A stretch of 64,000 bases of DNA from an uncultured delta proteobacterium (GTDB lineage: Bacteria > Desulfobacterota > WTBG01): the NCBI GenBank assembly GCA_963793865.1, contig CAWCBP010000012.1, forward strand, positions 96,001-160,000. Reading direction: 5' to 3'. The position numbers and the translations under genes are program-made. The notes below the pieces were generated by a model. That model did no database searches. It worked only from the letters and a program-made list of their open reading frames with translations, and was not told the origin of the DNA. Below, in pieces: positions 50,813 through 59,969 of the stretch; positions within the stretch are counted from its first letter, which is position 1, and every line of letters begins with the position of its first letter.

Positions 50813-51544
50813 TTAAACCTTTCCCTGCCGCAGCCTGGCATAGGCTTTTTCAGCGGCAGCTTGAACCTCGCGGGTTTCCTTATCCTTGAAGTGTTTAAAA
50901 CGTTTTTGCGCTGAGAGGTACTGCTCAACCGGCCGCTTGCCCGGGTGATCGATGGTCAGGCGGTAGGTTCCGGCAACGACCTCGTAGAGAGGGAAGAGCA
51001 ATGATTCAACGGCCAGGCGGCCGATGGCCACGGACATCTCGCTCTCGAAGTCCCAGCCGACCGGGCAGGGCGATAAAATATGGACATAGCTGTTGCCTTC
51101 GCTCTCCATGCCGCGCCTGACCTTGTCGATCAGGTCGAAGGGATAGCTGGGGCAGGCGGTGGCCACGTACTGGAATCCCCGCGCTACGGCTGCGGCGGGA
51201 AACATTTTTTTAAACACCGCCGGGGTCGGCTTCCCCTCAACCGCCTCGTTGTCGAAGCAGATGAGCAGGCTTGATGACTCATCCCCTTTGGCGACCGAAA
51301 GCAGTGCGGGGCGCACCTCATCCCCGGCCCTTTTGCCGTCTTTGACCAGGCTTCCCGGGAAGGGAATGCTGAAGGGAATTTCCCACCGGGCATGTTCCAT
51401 CCATCCCCGGTGCTCTTCCAGTGCTTTATAAGCCTGCCGCACGCCGAGCGCAACCCCGCATCCCATGCAGGCGCGGTGGGCCTGGGGCAGAAAGTGCTCC
51501 TTGAACGGCAACAATTGTGGTGCGTAGAGCCCGTATTTATCCAT
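50813..51544 (-). CDS. Degenerate 2-oxoacid:ferredoxin oxidoreductase beta-like protein
   Basis: HRACMGCG, DNEA, YVATA and HILSPCPVGW are present; the GDG TPP motif is absent. Confidence 0.75.
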   Translation of the reverse strand: MDKYGLYAPQLLPFKEHFLPQAHRACMGCGVALGVRQAYKALEEHRGWMEHARWEIPFSIPFPGSLVKDGKRAGDEVRPALLSVAKGDESSSLLICFDNEAVEGKPTPAVFKKMFPAAAVARGFQYVATACPSYPFDLIDKVRRGMESEGNSYVHILSPCPVGWDFESEMSVAIGRLAVESLLFPLYEVVAGTYRLTIDHPGKRPVEQYLSAQKRFKHFKDKETREVQAAAEKAYARLRQGKV

Positions 51545-51852
51545 TATCCTTCCTCCGTCATGCTAATGGCGCCAAACCAGCATTCCCTGTGACAGATGCC
51601 GCATCCCTTGCAATAGTCAAGATCGGCCTCGAAGTACCCGTCCGCTCCCCTCCTGATGGCGGCATCGGGACAAAAGAGGTAGCAGAGGCCGCATCGAACG
51701 CACATCTGCTTGTCCCATTGGGGAACAAGCTCCGGCTTGTCCGCGCGCTCAAACGGTTTTGCCTTTCCCTCTTCCAGCAGGATGCATCCAACTTTGATTT
51801 CTTTCCAGGTCTGATTTTCAGCCGCGGCAGCTGCCGGTGCCTTCTTAACCAC
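51544..51852 (-). CDS. 2-oxoacid:ferredoxin oxidoreductase delta-like 2x[4Fe-4S] subunit
   Basis: CVRCGLCYLFCPD and DYCKGCGICHREC. Confidence 0.85.
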   Translation of the reverse strand: MVKKAPAAAAAENQTWKEIKVGCILLEEGKAKPFERADKPELVPQWDKQMCVRCGLCYLFCPDAAIRRGADGYFEADLDYCKGCGICHRECWFGAISMTEEG

Positions 51853-52012
51853 AGTGCTTCTCCTTGTAGATGATTGTTTACAATGTCGATTTGTCGGAGA
51901 TTAGAGGAGAAAATGTATACTATGAGGTGTAATCGTGTCAAGTTTTTTTGTCACGGTAAATCGGCGGGCAGGTCAAAGCATGTATGGCGGGATCTTTTCA
52001 GCATCCGGAGCG

Positions 52013-52576
52013 TTATTCGCCTTGAGGTATGCGGTCCCGCATTCGCCTTCCCTCTCCCATACCCATGCCGTCTCCTTCACGCATGCCCATACCCCGCCCC
52101 CGGTGTCCCCGATGTCCCCTTCCGCCCGGGATAAAATCCTGGCAGAGCCTGTGGCTCATGAAGTCGGCGTAACGCTCCTGCTGCTCGGGGGTTAAGAATT
52201 CCTTTTCCCTGAAGAGCTGGTCGATGACGGCGATCTGCATCTTAAGCTGGAGCTCGTTTATCTCACGGAGCTTCTGCTCCAGGGAGGGCCGTTCCGGACT
52301 TTCCGAGGCCAGGAGATCTGCCAGCTCAGCCCGCTTGATCATCAGGCTGTCTCTGACGGGGGCCGTCCCGGCCATGAAGGTTTTCCTCAGCTCGCGCATC
52401 CTGTCCCGCTGCTCCCGGTCCAAAGCGAGTTCCGTGCCAAAGGGGGGAGGGCCGGCCTCTTTTACCGCCTGTCTGCTGCTGTAGTTCCTCCCCCAAAAAT
52501 ATCCCATGGTAATGAGAGCGGCCGCGTTGACGGTGAGGGAAAATATCAGCGCAATCATGATGAATTTTTCTTTCAT
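52013..52576 (-). CDS. Spy/CpxP/ZraP-like periplasmic protein
   Basis: N-terminal TM, 'L.L..EQ', LTPEQ motif and Gly/Met/His-rich tail. Confidence 0.78.
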   Translation of the reverse strand: MKEKFIMIALIFSLTVNAAALITMGYFWGRNYSSRQAVKEAGPPPFGTELALDREQRDRMRELRKTFMAGTAPVRDSLMIKRAELADLLASESPERPSLEQKLREINELQLKMQIAVIDQLFREKEFLTPEQQERYADFMSHRLCQDFIPGGRGHRGHRGRGMGMREGDGMGMGEGRRMRDRIPQGE

Positions 52577-52585
52577 AGAATCTCC

Positions 52586-53098
52586 TCAGTATGCTTCCGG
52601 GGTCGTACCCTGATAAGCCTCTTCGCCCAGGTTAACATAGACGCTGCCGATGGAGTCGTCGGGGAAATCATTAAAAATATCCAAGGGAAGCGCCTCCGCC
52701 TGTGCCGCAACCACCTCTTCAGGATTAAGGGCATAGGCAGTATTAAGGTACAGGTTTTTTCCGAGATAGATACCCGTGGGCAGCGCGAGAAGGGCAATTA
52801 AAGTACCCAGGGCCGGCGCCGGGGTCCTGAAAATCAAGGTCATGAATTTATTGAGTAAATTGTCCCGGTACCCGGCACTTTTGATGGTTGCCAGGACACC
52901 CGGTGCAATATCCTTGAAATGCTCATCCGGAAGGGGTGTGCCCAGCAACTCCCAGGCCGCGCCCAGATCCGCAGCCTCCCTGCTGCACAAGGGGCAGTCG
53001 GCGAGGTGCGCTTTCACTTCCCGGGCGCGTTCCTCTGCCAGCTGCCCGGTCAGGAAGGACATGAGATTTTTTCTTGATTTTTTACAGGACCGTTTCAT
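52586..53098 (-). CDS. zf-HC2 anti-sigma factor
   Basis: HLADCPLC plus a TM segment, downstream of an ECF sigma. Confidence 0.82.
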   Translation of the reverse strand: MKRSCKKSRKNLMSFLTGQLAEERAREVKAHLADCPLCSREAADLGAAWELLGTPLPDEHFKDIAPGVLATIKSAGYRDNLLNKFMTLIFRTPAPALGTLIALLALPTGIYLGKNLYLNTAYALNPEEVVAAQAEALPLDIFNDFPDDSIGSVYVNLGEEAYQGTTPEAY

Positions 53099-53158
53099 GA
53101 TTAGTGCTCCTCATGATATAACACCGCGCGCCGGCAAAAACTTGCTTGGGTGGTCTGC

Positions 53159-53770
53159 CTAGGGTGTTTTATAGGGCTGCAGCATCTCCTTGAGCGTGCT
53201 CATGGCGCGAAAGATCAGGGACTCAACTGCCGACAGCGAACATCCCAGCGACCGGGCGATTTCCCCGTAGGACAGTCCCTCAAAGCGGAAGAGAATAACC
53301 GCCATGCGCTGCCTGTCCGGGAGCTGGGCCAGGGCCCTCTGAACCGCGGCCTTCACCTCCTCCTGCTGAAGCCGCTTCTCGGGGGCCTCCTGCCCCGCGC
53401 CTTTCTGAGACGTGTCGGGCATGTCCGTTTCTGACAGGGACGGATCTAAGCCGATGTCGTATTTGTGCTTCTTTTGACGGCGGTGGAAGTTGAGACAGTG
53501 GTTGGTGACCACTTTGTAAAGCCAGGTTTTGAACTGCGCCCGCGGGGTATAACTTCCCGACCCCCGGTATATTTTAAGAAAAATGTCCTGTGCCAGGTCT
53601 TCCGCTTCATGGTGCTGCCCGGTGTAGCGGTAGATCATGCGCATGACGCTTCCCTGGTGTTTTTCCATTAAAATTCTGAAAGCGCCGGTGTCGCCCGATC
53701 CCGTTCTGATCATGAGCTGATTGTCGGGATCAGAAAGATAGTTTTCCTTATCGTGCCGTGTCCATTTCAC
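53159..53770 (-). CDS. ECF RNA polymerase sigma factor
   Basis: AEDLAQDIFLK, FKTWLY and GLSYGEIA...AVESLIFRA. Confidence 0.92.
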   Translation of the reverse strand: MKWTRHDKENYLSDPDNQLMIRTGSGDTGAFRILMEKHQGSVMRMIYRYTGQHHEAEDLAQDIFLKIYRGSGSYTPRAQFKTWLYKVVTNHCLNFHRRQKKHKYDIGLDPSLSETDMPDTSQKGAGQEAPEKRLQQEEVKAAVQRALAQLPDRQRMAVILFRFEGLSYGEIARSLGCSLSAVESLIFRAMSTLKEMLQPYKTP

Positions 53771-54395
53771 TTAACCGGGCGATAGCCTCCATGATGGTGC
53801 TGGTGAATGTTTTTGCGTCACCCGCCTGCGCTGCATAAAGAGGGGTTCCGATGGCAATTTTTACCCTCCGTCTCACCTTCTCCCTTCCGTACCTGATACC
53901 AACGGGTATGAAGGGAATGGGTGCCGGGGAATCGTCCCTCTCCTGGAATTTAAGCACCATGCCGATCAGCCGTGACTTGCCCCTCCCCACCGCCCCGCGG
54001 TAGTAGGTGCCTTCGGGAAAGATGACCACCCACCCTCCCGTTTTGAGAAGATGGTCCAGGTATCTGAAGGAATCCAGGGTTTTTATCGGCGCCTGCCGGT
54101 CGAGGGGGATGCCTCCGAGCGCGAGTAAAAAACGGCTGATCAGCGGTCTCCTGAAAAGTTCCTGCTTGGCGACATAGTTGAGCCGCACATCGGAGAAGGC
54201 GAGACCGACGAGCGGGATATCCGTCCAGTACTGGTGTTTGGGGAGAATGACGGCGGGCCCGGCAGCGGGCAGGTTGTTTCTTCCGCTCACTTCAAGGCGG
54301 TACAACATTTTGCACCAGCAGGGAACCACCACTTTCATAAGGCCGTAGAGCGCGGTTCTCGCGGGGGAGCCGGGCGGGATAAAATGTACTGTCAT
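53748..54395 (-). CDS. 1-acyl-sn-glycerol-3-phosphate acyltransferase (PlsC family)
   Basis: HQYWTD (HxxxxD), AKQELF and FPEGT. Confidence 0.88.
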   Translation of the reverse strand: MTVHFIPPGSPARTALYGLMKVVVPCWCKMLYRLEVSGRNNLPAAGPAVILPKHQYWTDIPLVGLAFSDVRLNYVAKQELFRRPLISRFLLALGGIPLDRQAPIKTLDSFRYLDHLLKTGGWVVIFPEGTYYRGAVGRGKSRLIGMVLKFQERDDSPAPIPFIPVGIRYGREKVRRRVKIAIGTPLYAAQAGDAKTFTSTIMEAIARLSEMDTAR

Positions 54396-54465
54396 CTGTT
54401 TGGTTCCCTTCTCTTGACTTTGATGCTAAAACCATTTATGTATGCATGTCAAGGAAATGTTTGAC

Positions 54466-54494
54466 TTGATTCTTGCCGGGATTTTTTCTATACT
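54466..54494 (+). promoter_or_regulatory. Candidate sigma70 promoter for hrcA; a divergent TTGACA box at 54447-54452 on the minus strand points toward the PlsC-family gene
   Basis: TTGATT-17nt-TATACT. Confidence 0.5.
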
Positions 54495-54614
54495 ATTTAT
54501 ACACATAGTGTGCAGGTTTCCGGTGCCCCTGCAAAAAAGTGACGATTTATTAAATAATTGCCGGTATTTTTTCCGGCGGCGGGGCGGCGGTCAACGTGCA
54601 GGGAGTGATGGAAC

Positions 54615-55664
54615 ATGGAAGAGTTTCTGCTGGGCGATCGTGACAGGCAGATCCTGACATCAGTGATCAATGAATACATACTGACCGCGGAGCCGGTTGG
54701 GTCGCGCAATATCGCCAGACGATATGACATCAACCTGAGCTCCGCCACCATAAGAAATGTCATGTCCGATTTGGAAGAAATGGGTTTCCTCCATCAGCCG
54801 CACACCTCAGCCGGACGGATTCCCACCGAAAGGGCGCTCCGCTTCTACGTGGACAGCATTTTGAAGGTAAAGAGCCTGGATCAGCGGGAGAAGGACCGCA
54901 TCCGGAAGCGGTATAAATTTTCCGAGCTGGAGGCGTCCGACCTTGTCCGGCAGACATCGGAGGTGCTCTCGGTGCTTTCCCGCCACGTCAGCATTGTCTC
55001 GGCGCCCAAGCTGGTGGGAACGGTTCTCAAGCACATCGAGTTCATCAAGATAAGCAGGGACCGCATTCTGGTTATTTTTGTTTCCCAGTCGGGGTTTGTG
55101 CAGAACCGGATCATAGAAGACAGGGACGATATTTCCCAGTCGGAGCTGGACAAGTATACCAACTACCTGGGGGAGGTCCTGGTGGGGGTGAGCCTGGAGG
55201 GGGTGCGCGGGAAGATTGAAGAGGAGATGAAAAAGGAAAAGACGGCCTACGACCGGCTGCTCTCAAATGCGCTGGAATTAACCCGGAAGGTGTTCGGCAA
55301 GGAAAAAGATCCGGAACTCTTCATGGAGGGCCAGGTCAATCTCCTGGAATGCCCGGAGTTTTCCGAGGTGGGCAGCATGAAATTGCTCCTGCAGGCCCTT
55401 GAAGAAAAGAAGCTGCTCCTGCATCTTCTGGACAAGACCATGGATGCCGAGGGCATTCAAATCTTTATCGGATCCGAGGTGCCGGTCTCGGAAATGCAAA
55501 CCCTGAGCGTCATCACCTCTCCCTACCGGCATGGTGAAAAGGTGGTGGGCGCGCTGGGTATTATCGGGCCCACCCGGATGAACTATCTCAAGCTCATACC
55601 CATTGTTGAGTATTCTGCCCAGCTGCTTACCGAGTTCCTCAACGGCAAGGGCAGCGAGCTATAA
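54615..55664 (+). CDS. hrcA: Heat-inducible transcription repressor HrcA
   Basis: EPVGSR, SSATIRNVM, QPHTSAGRIPT and GPTRMNY. Confidence 0.96.
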   Translation: MEEFLLGDRDRQILTSVINEYILTAEPVGSRNIARRYDINLSSATIRNVMSDLEEMGFLHQPHTSAGRIPTERALRFYVDSILKVKSLDQREKDRIRKRYKFSELEASDLVRQTSEVLSVLSRHVSIVSAPKLVGTVLKHIEFIKISRDRILVIFVSQSGFVQNRIIEDRDDISQSELDKYTNYLGEVLVGVSLEGVRGKIEEEMKKEKTAYDRLLSNALELTRKVFGKEKDPELFMEGQVNLLECPEFSEVGSMKLLLQALEEKKLLLHLLDKTMDAEGIQIFIGSEVPVSEMQTLSVITSPYRHGEKVVGALGIIGPTRMNYLKLIPIVEYSAQLLTEFLNGKGSEL

Positions 55665-55683
55665 TATATATAAGGAGTGCCGT

Positions 55684-56292
55684 ATGACCAGGAAAAAGCA
55701 TGATCCCGAAGTTGATGGAACGCCGGCAGGCGGGGAAGCAGGCGCCGCCGCGCCGACGGGCGGGCCGGAGGGTGAGGATGCCGGCGCTCACGGCAAGCGG
55801 GCGACCATAAAGAAGCTGGAGGAGGAACTGAAGGCCGGGGAGGAGGAGATTAAAAGCCTCAATGACCGGCTGCTCAGGACCCTCGCGGAGTTTGAAAATT
55901 TCAAGAAGCGGGCCGCCCGGGAAAAAAGCGAGCTGCTGCAATATGCCAATGATGAGATGAGCAAGGAGATGCTGCGGACGGTGGACAACCTTGAGAATGC
56001 CATCCGGCACGCCCGGGAAGGCAGCCAGGCGGAGAGCATCATCGAAGGTGTTGAGATGACCCTGAAGCAGCTGCTCAAGAGCCTGGAACGGTTCGGCGTA
56101 TCCGGCTTCAATTCCCTGGGAGAGAAGTTTGATCCCAACAGGCACGAGGCGATGCTGCAGGTGGAGAGCGCGGACCATGAGCCCAACACCATAATCGATG
56201 AGGCGCAGAAAGGATACTTCCTGCGCGAACGGCTGCTGCGCCCGGCCCAGGTCACGGTGTCACGGGAGCCGCAGGAGGCGGCGGAGGAATAG
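55684..56292 (+). CDS. grpE: Nucleotide exchange factor GrpE
   Basis: AEFENFKKR, FDPNRHEA and QKGY...RLLRPA.V; AAGGAG RBS. Confidence 0.95.
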   Translation: MTRKKHDPEVDGTPAGGEAGAAAPTGGPEGEDAGAHGKRATIKKLEEELKAGEEEIKSLNDRLLRTLAEFENFKKRAAREKSELLQYANDEMSKEMLRTVDNLENAIRHAREGSQAESIIEGVEMTLKQLLKSLERFGVSGFNSLGEKFDPNRHEAMLQVESADHEPNTIIDEAQKGYFLRERLLRPAQVTVSREPQEAAEE

Positions 56293-56349
56293 GAGGAGAA
56301 GAGAGAAGCTGTCAATGGTCCACGGTCCACAGTCCACAGGAAATGATGC

Positions 56350-56527
56350 AACCACGAAGGGCACGAAGGAAGCACAAGAGCACGAAGCACGGGTCGGAAA
56401 GGACGCGACCTGCCGCGTCCTACTGCTAAACTCTCAGTCGTGCACGCACGACTGAGAATTGAAAAGTTCAGAGCTGTTTTTTTCTTCGTGTGCTCGTTCT
56501 TGGTTTTTCTTCGTGATCTTCGTGGTT
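56350..56527. repeat. Multibranch CACGAAG/CTTCGTG palindrome, copy 2
   Basis: Same architecture and orientation as 45321-45500. Confidence 0.85.
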
Positions 56528-56726
56528 GAAAATAGACAGTTGGGATCAGGGTCAATAGACAGTTTACAGTTGATGTGTGCCGGTTTACAGGAGCCCTTTA
56601 GTAATCCTCGTTTGGAACATTTGTGCTTTGAAATTTGGATTTGTTTCGGATTTCGTGCTTCGGATTTCGGATTTGTCTTTCATCCTGCATCGTGCATCCT
56701 GTATCATGCATTCCCCGTAGAACTGT

Positions 56727-57794
56727 ATGCCTGCCACCGAGCTTGATTATTATGAAATACTGGGCGTGCCGCCCACGGCAAGCCAGCGGGAGATAAAAAG
56801 AGCCTTTCGCCGCCTCGCACTGCTCCATCATCCCGACCGCAATCCCCACGACAAAAAATCAGAAGAGAAGTTCAAGGAAATATCGGAAGCATACGGGATT
56901 TTAAACAACCCGCAGAAAAGAAACGCCTACGATGAGCGCACAGCCTCGGCGAAGCGCGCAGCCGATGATGTCGGCCGGTCCGCCGGAAGTGATTTCACCG
57001 GCCCCATACCTTCCAACGACCTGCTCAGGGATGTTTTCCGGGACATCCTGGGGTTCCCCATCAGGGGCCGACAGAAGGGGCAGAAAGGCGAGGACCTGAG
57101 ATACCACCTTTCCATTACCTTTGAAGAGGCCGCGCTGGGCAGGCAGGTTGAAATAAAAATACCCTCTTACACGCCGTGCCCGGCGTGTAAGGGGCTGAAA
57201 ATGAAACCCGGCAGCCGGTTGAAGCAGTGTCCCCTGTGCAAGGGGAAGGGCCGGGCAAAAGCGATGCGGAGGAAAGGCACACCGGAGGTGGTGTGCAAAA
57301 AATGCGGGGGAACGGGAAAGATCGCGCGGCAGCCCTGCGCCTGCTGCAGGGGCACGGGCTGCATGCGGCAGACCCGCATCCTTGCCTTCAGCATTCCCCC
57401 CGGCGTCAGGACCGGCTCGCGTCTGAAGGTGCTTAACCGGGGAAACCCGGGCAGCAACGGGGGGCCGGCAGGCGATCTCTATATTGTGCTCAACGTTAAT
57501 CCCCATCCCTTTTTAGAGCGGGACGGCGATGATATTGTTTTCCACCTGGACATCAGCTTCTCGCAGGCAAGCCTCGGAGGCCGGGTGACGGTGCCCACGC
57601 TGGACGGGGAGGTTGAAATGGACATACCCCCCGGGACGCAGCCCGGCGATGTTTTGCGCATCAAGCACCGGGGCATTTCCTCTCCCCGGGGATCCGGTCG
57701 GGGTGACCAGCAGATCGTCATACAGGTGACCACACCCTCCAGATTAACCGCGCGGCAAAAAAATCTCCTGAAGCAATTTGCCCGGATGGATTAG
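56727..57794 (+). CDS. dnaJ: Chaperone DnaJ family protein
   Basis: DYYEILG, HPD, four CxxCxG repeats and GDLY. Confidence 0.9.
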   Translation: MPATELDYYEILGVPPTASQREIKRAFRRLALLHHPDRNPHDKKSEEKFKEISEAYGILNNPQKRNAYDERTASAKRAADDVGRSAGSDFTGPIPSNDLLRDVFRDILGFPIRGRQKGQKGEDLRYHLSITFEEAALGRQVEIKIPSYTPCPACKGLKMKPGSRLKQCPLCKGKGRAKAMRRKGTPEVVCKKCGGTGKIARQPCACCRGTGCMRQTRILAFSIPPGVRTGSRLKVLNRGNPGSNGGPAGDLYIVLNVNPHPFLERDGDDIVFHLDISFSQASLGGRVTVPTLDGEVEMDIPPGTQPGDVLRIKHRGISSPRGSGRGDQQIVIQVTTPSRLTARQKNLLKQFARMD

Positions 57795-58546
57795 CCTTCA
57801 GCCTTGGCTGAACCGGCATCCCCCGCGGCGCTTTTTCTTCCGAAGATTTTGGCCACTATAACGCTGATTTCGTAGAGCAGCAGCAGGGGGGCTGCCATGA
57901 GGCACTGGCTGAAGACATCGGGCGGGGTGAGAACGGCGGCAACGATGAAGATGATGACGATGGCGAATTTTCTCTGCTGGCGGAGCATGCGCTCGGTCAC
58001 CAGACCCAGCTTGGCGAGAAAGAGTATGAACACCGGCAGCTCGAATATGATGCCGAAGGCGAGCAGTATCTGGAAGGTAAAGGAAAGGTATTCCTTCATG
58101 GCGGGCAGCGGCTTGAGCGTGTCGGTGCTGTAGCTCATGAAGAATTTAAAGGAGAAGGGAAACACGACCAGGTAGCAGAAGGCAACGCCGGTGAAGAAAA
58201 GCAGGCTCGCGGAAATCACGAAGGGGAAGACGTACTTTTTCTCGTGGTCGTAGAGGCCGGGGGCCACAAAGCACCAGACCTCCCAGAGAATGACCGGGCT
58301 GGCCAGGATCAGCCCCGCGTAGAAGGCGAGCTTTAAGTAGACGACAAAGGCCTCGGTCAGGCCGGTAAAAATAAGCCAGCTCTGCGCGGGAAGCTGCTCT
58401 TTCAGGGGCTGTACCAGGAGCTCGAAGATGGTCTCGGCAAAGTTGTAGGAAAGTAAAAATCCCGCGACGACAGCGATGAGGCAGATGATGATTCTTTTGC
58501 GGAGCTCTTCCAGGTGGCTGGTAAAGGGAATTTTATCGTCGGCCAT
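57791..58546 (-). CDS. tatC: Twin-arginine translocase subunit TatC
   Basis: HLEELRKR, FVAPGLY..E, FELP and LTPPD. Confidence 0.96.
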   Translation of the reverse strand: MADDKIPFTSHLEELRKRIIICLIAVVAGFLLSYNFAETIFELLVQPLKEQLPAQSWLIFTGLTEAFVVYLKLAFYAGLILASPVILWEVWCFVAPGLYDHEKKYVFPFVISASLLFFTGVAFCYLVVFPFSFKFFMSYSTDTLKPLPAMKEYLSFTFQILLAFGIIFELPVFILFLAKLGLVTERMLRQQRKFAIVIIFIVAAVLTPPDVFSQCLMAAPLLLLYEISVIVAKIFGRKSAAGDAGSAKAEG

Positions 58547-58554
58547 GAGCGGGT

Positions 58555-58851
58555 CTAGCCCTTGATTTCCTCTTCAGGTGCGTTCGCCGGGGCGGCGGGT
58601 TCAGCGTCCGTCGGCGGGGATACATCTTGTGCGGCCCTGGCCTGGCTGATTTCCTGAACCAGCCTGTCGCGCTCTTCCTTCAGCCCGTTTATATCCAGGT
58701 CTTCCTTGAGATCATCCGCGGCGCGCTTGAATTCACCGATTGCCCTTCCCAGCGCCCGTGCCAGGTCCGGCAATTTTTTCGGCCCGATGACTATCAGGGC
58801 GACCACCAGGATCACGATAACTTCCTGCATCCCCACGCCAAACATATCCAC
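58555..58851 (-). CDS. tatB: Twin-arginine translocase subunit TatB (TatA/B family)
   Basis: FGVGMQE and GPKKLPDLARALG, adjacent to tatC. Confidence 0.85.
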   Translation of the reverse strand: MDMFGVGMQEVIVILVVALIVIGPKKLPDLARALGRAIGEFKRAADDLKEDLDINGLKEERDRLVQEISQARAAQDVSPPTDAEPAAPANAPEEEIKG

Positions 58852-58918
58852 ACCTCATATACTAACGGAGATGGTACTATTCCTATAATCTTTTCTTTAC
58901 AGTGTCAAGCTGTGTATT

Positions 58919-59943
58919 GGGGTCAGGTCTTGAAATATCAGTTTTGGCGGGGACATGATGTGAGACCCGTTATGCGCTGCTGAGCAGGAGAAACAGACGA
59001 TGACCAATGATTGACAATGTCGGGTCAGGTCTTGAAATATAAGCACTGTTCTGCTATGGTGCCTTCATGGCCAGACCATTGCGAATAGAATACCCGGGTG
59101 CTGTTTATCACGTAACAAGCAGGGGCAATGCCCAGGGAATAATATTTAGCGATAATCAGGACCGGCTCAGCTTTCTGGACGTGCTGGCCGGTGTGGTTAA
59201 ACGCTACCGCTGGTTATGCCATGCCTATTGTCTGATGGGTAATCACTATCATCTGCTGGTTGAAACGCAGGAAGCGAACCTGTCCCTGGGTATGCGCCAA
59301 CTCAACGGAGTTTATACCCAGAGATATAACCGCAGGCATAAAAAATCCGGTCACGTTTTTCAAGGGAGGTTTAAGGCAATAGTGCTGGATAAAGACAGCT
59401 ATTTGCTTGAACTGTGCCGCTATGTGGTATTGAATCCGGTGCGTGCGAAGATGGTCAAAAATGTGGAAGAGTGGCAATGGAGCAGCTACCGGGCCACTGT
59501 GGCAATGATCAAACCTCCCGATTACCTCACCACGGATTGGATCCTGGGTCTATTCAGCAGCAAGCGCGGGATTGCGCGGAGGAAATATAAGAGTTTTGTC
59601 AAAGAAGGGTTGCATCAACAGTCACCCTGGGGTTTGCTGAGAGGGCAGGTGTTGCTGGGAGAGGAAAAATTTGTAAAAGGATTTAAAGCACTGCTTTCTG
59701 ACAAAGATCAGGTAAAAGAGATACCGCGGCAGCAGCGCCACGTGGCCCGACCAGGGCTTGAAGAACTGTTTCAGAAAAGGGTATCGGGAAAACAGAGGAA
59801 CAAAAACATCTATGCAGCCCACATGAAGTATGGGTATAAACTCTATGAAATTGCAAACTATCTGCAAATCCACTATACTACGGTGAGTAAAATCATTGCA
59901 AAGGAAGAAGGACCGCAAGACTGATAATTCAAGACCTGACCCC
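58919..59943 (+). mobile_element. Second Y1/HUH transposase element bounded by 23-bp inverted repeats
   Basis: 58919-58941 ggggtcaggtcttgaaatatcag vs 59921-59943 ctgataattcaagacctgacccc (1 mismatch). An extra direct copy lies at 59022-59040. Confidence 0.82.
59067..59924 (+). CDS. REP-associated tyrosine transposase-like (Y1 HUH) protein with C-terminal HTH
   Basis: YHVTSRGN, LMGNHYHLL, FQGRFKA, RYVVLNP, WSSY and EIANYLQIHYTTVS. Confidence 0.9.
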   Translation: MARPLRIEYPGAVYHVTSRGNAQGIIFSDNQDRLSFLDVLAGVVKRYRWLCHAYCLMGNHYHLLVETQEANLSLGMRQLNGVYTQRYNRRHKKSGHVFQGRFKAIVLDKDSYLLELCRYVVLNPVRAKMVKNVEEWQWSSYRATVAMIKPPDYLTTDWILGLFSSKRGIARRKYKSFVKEGLHQQSPWGLLRGQVLLGEEKFVKGFKALLSDKDQVKEIPRQQRHVARPGLEELFQKRVSGKQRNKNIYAAHMKYGYKLYEIANYLQIHYTTVSKIIAKEEGPQD

Positions 59944-59969
59944 AAGGAAATGACCCCAAGGAAAAATTC

